Below, in pieces: positions 61,075 to 64,000 of a DNA stretch of 64,000 nt (its first letter is position 1; each line of letters opens with the position of its first letter). A program made the translations under genes and the position numbers. The DNA is taken from IMG/VR virus record IMGVR_UViG_3300028794_000198, positions 1-64,000 of that record. The stretch is one strand, 5' to 3'. Source of the DNA: a virus. The notes under the pieces were generated by a model. The model saw only the letters and a list, made by a program, of their open reading frames with translations, was not told where the DNA came from and ran no database searches.

Positions 61075-61454
61075 TCGCCGCCGCGGTCATCACCCACGCG
61101 GCCCGCGTCCTCCTCATCCGCCGCACAACCCCGGAGGCCGCCCTTCTGTGGTCGTTCCCTGCGGGCAAGCTGCACCCCGACGAGTCCCCTGTCGAGGCCG
61201 CTGTCCGCGAGGCCCTGGAAGAGGCGGGCGTGACGGTGGCCCCGCTCCAACTGCTGGGTGAGCGCACGCATCCGGTGACGGGCCTACGCGTCGTCTACAT
61301 CGCCTGCGAGCTGGTCGGTGGCACGGCGCATGCGGCGTCGCCTCGCGAGGTGGCAGAAGTCCGCTGGGCGCGCCTCAGTGAGCTGCCAGGGCTGATCCCT
61401 GGCGGCATCTACGCACCGGTGCAGGCCTTCCTCGAAGGAGTCCTACCGCCGTAG
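61071..61454 (+). CDS. NUDIX hydrolase (Pif-like context)
   Basis: Intact Nudix box GKLHPDESPVEAAVREALEEAG. Confidence 0.92.
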   Translation: MIAAAVITHAARVLLIRRTTPEAALLWSFPAGKLHPDESPVEAAVREALEEAGVTVAPLQLLGERTHPVTGLRVVYIACELVGGTAHAASPREVAEVRWARLSELPGLIPGGIYAPVQAFLEGVLPP

Positions 61455-61547
61455 CTCTCCGCCTCGCCCGCACCATCAGCCCTTCCGTCCCTCACCCATC
61501 CACCCACCCCTAAACTGACCCGGCCGCCGCCGAAAGGACCCTCCCGT

Positions 61548-61937
61548 ATGCGCCCCGCCGACTACCGCGACTACCTCGTCGACCTGCTCAAGAACAGCTC
61601 TGACGTGCAGCGAGTGCAGGTCATCGACTCCGGCAAGCATCCTTACGCCCTGGCCGCGACGGTGGCGGGCAAGGAGCGCCGCTGGCAGGTGATCGGCCAG
61701 CTGGCGGACGGCGCAAAGCACGCGACTCCGACGGCGCCGGTGCACTCAGGCCCGCCCGCGTACACAGCGGCGCCCGCCACTGGCGCGCCGGATGCGTGGC
61801 TGGCCGGTGTGATCGGTGCTGCGGAGCCTGCGGACACGGAGCGGCTTGAGGTGTGGTCGACACGCAAGAAGACGGGCGAGCCCGGGGTGACCGTGCATTT
61901 TCACAACGGCGAGCGCGCCTTCGTGCGCCTCATCTGA
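61548..61937 (+). CDS. hypothetical protein
   Basis: AAGGA RBS; GC3-rich. Confidence 0.7.
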   Translation: MRPADYRDYLVDLLKNSSDVQRVQVIDSGKHPYALAATVAGKERRWQVIGQLADGAKHATPTAPVHSGPPAYTAAPATGAPDAWLAGVIGAAEPADTERLEVWSTRKKTGEPGVTVHFHNGERAFVRLI

Positions 61938-62014
61938 GCCCTTCCTGCGACTGGCCGGCTGCCGCATCGTGGGTCGCGCAGGAAGCACCTCCGCCCGTTG
62001 AAGGAGATCTGCTC

Positions 62015-62164
62015 ATGCGCAACCGTGTCGACCCCACCCAGTGCTCGGCCTCCTGTCCCGTCTGCGGCGCCTACGGCAGCGCAGAGCCCGGCCAGCCGAC
62101 AGCTCAGCATCAGGCTCAGGGCAGCCGCGAGATGTGTCCTGGCAGCGGCCAGCCGGCCGTCTGA
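62015..62164 (+). CDS. small Zn-ribbon protein
   Basis: AAGGAG RBS; CPVCG...H...CPGSG. Confidence 0.6.
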   Translation: MRNRVDPTQCSASCPVCGAYGSAEPGQPTAQHQAQGSREMCPGSGQPAV

Positions 62165-62175
62165 GCGCGCACGCG

Positions 62176-62207
62176 AAAAAGCCCCGCACCATCAGGTGCG
62201 GGGCTTC
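62176..62207. terminator. bidirectional terminator
   Basis: AAAAAGCCCCGCACC-ATCA-GGTGCGGGGCTT between convergent operons. Confidence 0.75.
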
Positions 62208-62226
62208 GCCGTGTCCCGGTTGCCCC

Positions 62227-62505
62227 TCAGTCCTCTTCCGCCGCGTGCGCCAGTTCGTTGGCGAGCCGCTTCAGCGCCCGGTCCGCATTGGCGGGCACTT
62301 CGCGCATGTCTTCGTCGCCGTCTGCAGTGGCTGCTTCGAGGAGGGCGCGGATCGGTGCCCGGAGTTCGAGGACGGCTTCCCGGAGTTCCAGGAGGATCTC
62401 CTGCGCGCTGTCGGCGTCCGCGGGCAGGTCGGTGACGTCGAGTTTGGCGGCGGCGGCGCGGATCTGGGCGGCGAGTTCCTTGCTGAGACGGACGTTGCGG
62501 GGCAT
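62227..62505 (-). CDS. hypothetical protein
   Basis: Helical ORF. Confidence 0.55.
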   Translation of the reverse strand: MPRNVRLSKELAAQIRAAAAKLDVTDLPADADSAQEILLELREAVLELRAPIRALLEAATADGDEDMREVPANADRALKRLANELAHAAEED

Positions 62506-62520
62506 CAGGGCTTCTGTCGG

Positions 62521-62670
62521 TCAGAGGATGTGCAGGAGGGTCCACAGCGCGGCCTTGAGTACCCAGTTGACGAGCGTGAGCATCCCGAGCGCGGCAACGA
62601 TCAGGGCGGCGCCTCGCGGGACGCGGACCTCTTCGTTCAGCCAGTGCGGGTCGCGGTCGGTCACGCTCAC
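62521..62670 (-). CDS. small membrane protein
   Basis: One TM; GTGA overlap. Confidence 0.45.
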   Translation of the reverse strand: MSVTDRDPHWLNEEVRVPRGAALIVAALGMLTLVNWVLKAALWTLLHIL

Positions 62671-63125
62671 CGCCGCCGCCGCGCCGGCCCATGCGACGGC
62701 TGCCAGGCGGGCCGGTCGCGTGGTCGGGGCGGCTTGCCGCAGTCGTCGCACCCGACGGCCTCGGGTAGGTGCCGGAAGGCTTCTTTGATCTGCCTGAACT
62801 GGTCGGCGACGCGTTGGAGCAGCGGCTGGAACGCGGCACGGAGACTCTCCTGCATCTCGGCCAGGACCGCTTGCGCTTCGATGGCCGCGAGATCCGCGTG
62901 CGGGCCAGGTCGTCCGAGTTCGGCGGCGATGACGGCTGCCTGGGCTTCGGCCGGGGTGAGGTCATGCCGTTCGATGAGCCGGCCGATGAGGACGTTGGCC
63001 CCGTTCATCCGTGGGCGCACAGCCGGTGGGGGCGGCAGGTCGGGCGCCCACCGCATGGCGCCGCCGCTGACGTCCCAGTCGTCGAGGGCGGTGTCGATCT
63101 GGCCGAGGACGTCGTCGGTGCGCAT
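62667..63125 (-). CDS. hypothetical phage protein
   Basis: IDTALDDW.VS..AMRW.P; RDRPAWQ. Confidence 0.65.
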   Translation of the reverse strand: MRTDDVLGQIDTALDDWDVSGGAMRWAPDLPPPPAVRPRMNGANVLIGRLIERHDLTPAEAQAAVIAAELGRPGPHADLAAIEAQAVLAEMQESLRAAFQPLLQRVADQFRQIKEAFRHLPEAVGCDDCGKPPRPRDRPAWQPSHGPARRRR

Positions 63126-63126
63126 C

Positions 63127-63384
63127 TCAGGTCTCCTTCTGGTGGTGCGGGCAGCTGCACGGCGCCATGTCCTGCTTGCGGGTGAGCCGACAGGAGGCGT
63201 GCTGCCGTCCGGCCCACAGCAGGAGTTCGTCGGCCATGTCGGGGCGCCGTAGGCCGGCTACTTCGAGGGCGCGGGCCATCTGGCAGGCGGTGGAGTCGTA
63301 GGGGCCGAGGTCGACGACGGCGAGGAGGTGGTCGGGGAGTTTGTCGCGGTCGCTGCCGGGCGGCGGCGGGGTCCAATCGGTCAC
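63127..63384 (-). CDS. hypothetical phage protein
   Basis: STAC...H..CR...CSCPHH. Confidence 0.65.
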   Translation of the reverse strand: MTDWTPPPPGSDRDKLPDHLLAVVDLGPYDSTACQMARALEVAGLRRPDMADELLLWAGRQHASCRLTRKQDMAPCSCPHHQKET

Positions 63385-63602
63385 TGCTGCTCCTTCTGCC
63401 GGTCGAGCTGGTCGATGAGCTGCGCCGCCCCGTCGCTGAAGCTGCGCTCCGGCGCTCCAGCAGGGCAGTCGTGTCCGCAGAGCGGGCAGATCCGGGCGTT
63501 GATGGCGTCCCGTATCCAGCGCCTGGCGGTGTGGGCGGCGGCATACGCCGAGGGTCCGAGGATGATGCCGACGGCGAGCGCGATCCAGTTGGCGGTACTC
63601 AC
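63381..63602 (-). CDS. small membrane protein with CxxC
   Basis: N-terminal TM; CPLCGH. Confidence 0.5.
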   Translation of the reverse strand: MSTANWIALAVGIILGPSAYAAAHTARRWIRDAINARICPLCGHDCPAGAPERSFSDGAAQLIDQLDRQKEQQ

Positions 63603-63817
63603 TTGCCGCCTTGTCCGGCTCGGTGCCCGTTCTTCTCGTGGCGTTCTGCTGCGGCGATGAGGACGGCGAGGGACGGGATGTCGTCGTTGGTGTCCCAGGT
63701 GCCGACGTCGCCGACGCCGATCAGGTTGTTGTTGCAGGCGTCGCAGGTGAGGGCGACGGTTGGGTGTCCGCCGGTGGGGTCGTCGCCGGTGACGTGGTAC
63801 TCGTCGAGATTGACCAT
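63599..63817 (-). CDS. small hypothetical protein
   Basis: CDAC...H...H. Confidence 0.5.
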   Translation of the reverse strand: MVNLDEYHVTGDDPTGGHPTVALTCDACNNNLIGVGDVGTWDTNDDIPSLAVLIAAAERHEKNGHRAGQGGK

Positions 63818-64000
63818 CACTCGCCCTCGCTTTCCAGCGGCCAGCGCAGGTCGTCGCTGCTGGTCGGCGAGTTGTCCGCCCCGTTGTCCACCGACTCGCA
63901 CGCCCTGACCTGCACGTTCGCGATTGTGGGCCCGTTTTTGTCCGCCGGAATGTCCGCAGCGGTGTCCGTGGGTCCGTCGAGTGCGGCAAGGGTGTCGCGC

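Overview
High-GC actinobacterial temperate siphovirus DNA, most likely from Streptomyces. Almost all genes are on the minus strand. Reading from left to right: (i) small accessory genes, a Xer/Cre-type tyrosine recombinase with a loxP/dif-like site over its own start, and an RHH-domain gene (0.1-3.5 kb); (ii) a Ro60/TROVE gene preceded by two Y RNAs, one with a circularly permuted tRNA-like domain (3.6-5.6 kb); (iii) a lysis cassette with an inserted DEDD 3'-5' exoribonuclease (5.8-8.5 kb); (iv) a complete tail/head/packaging module, including a -1 frameshifted tail chaperone and a GT4 glycosyltransferase directly after the major capsid gene (8.6-28.7 kb); (v) the probable cos region and HNH gene (29.5-30.8 kb); (vi) a sugar-modification cassette (2 GT2, nucleotide-sugar dehydrogenase, 2 methyltransferases) next to a tandemly duplicated three-gene fibre module with 17 versus about 3 copies of a 20-aa repeat (32.4-40.7 kb); (vii) small phage genes (41-49 kb); (viii) a Streptomyces plasmid/AICE-type conjugation module with TraB, an 11-bp-repeat clt-like locus, Spd-like membrane proteins, a GntR/Kor repressor and a NUDIX gene (49-61.5 kb); (ix) more small phage genes. 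The combination suggests a conjugative phage-plasmid. No rep/par genes, classical integrase or CI-like repressor were recognised in the window. All family assignments come from motif recognition by eye; no database searches were run.
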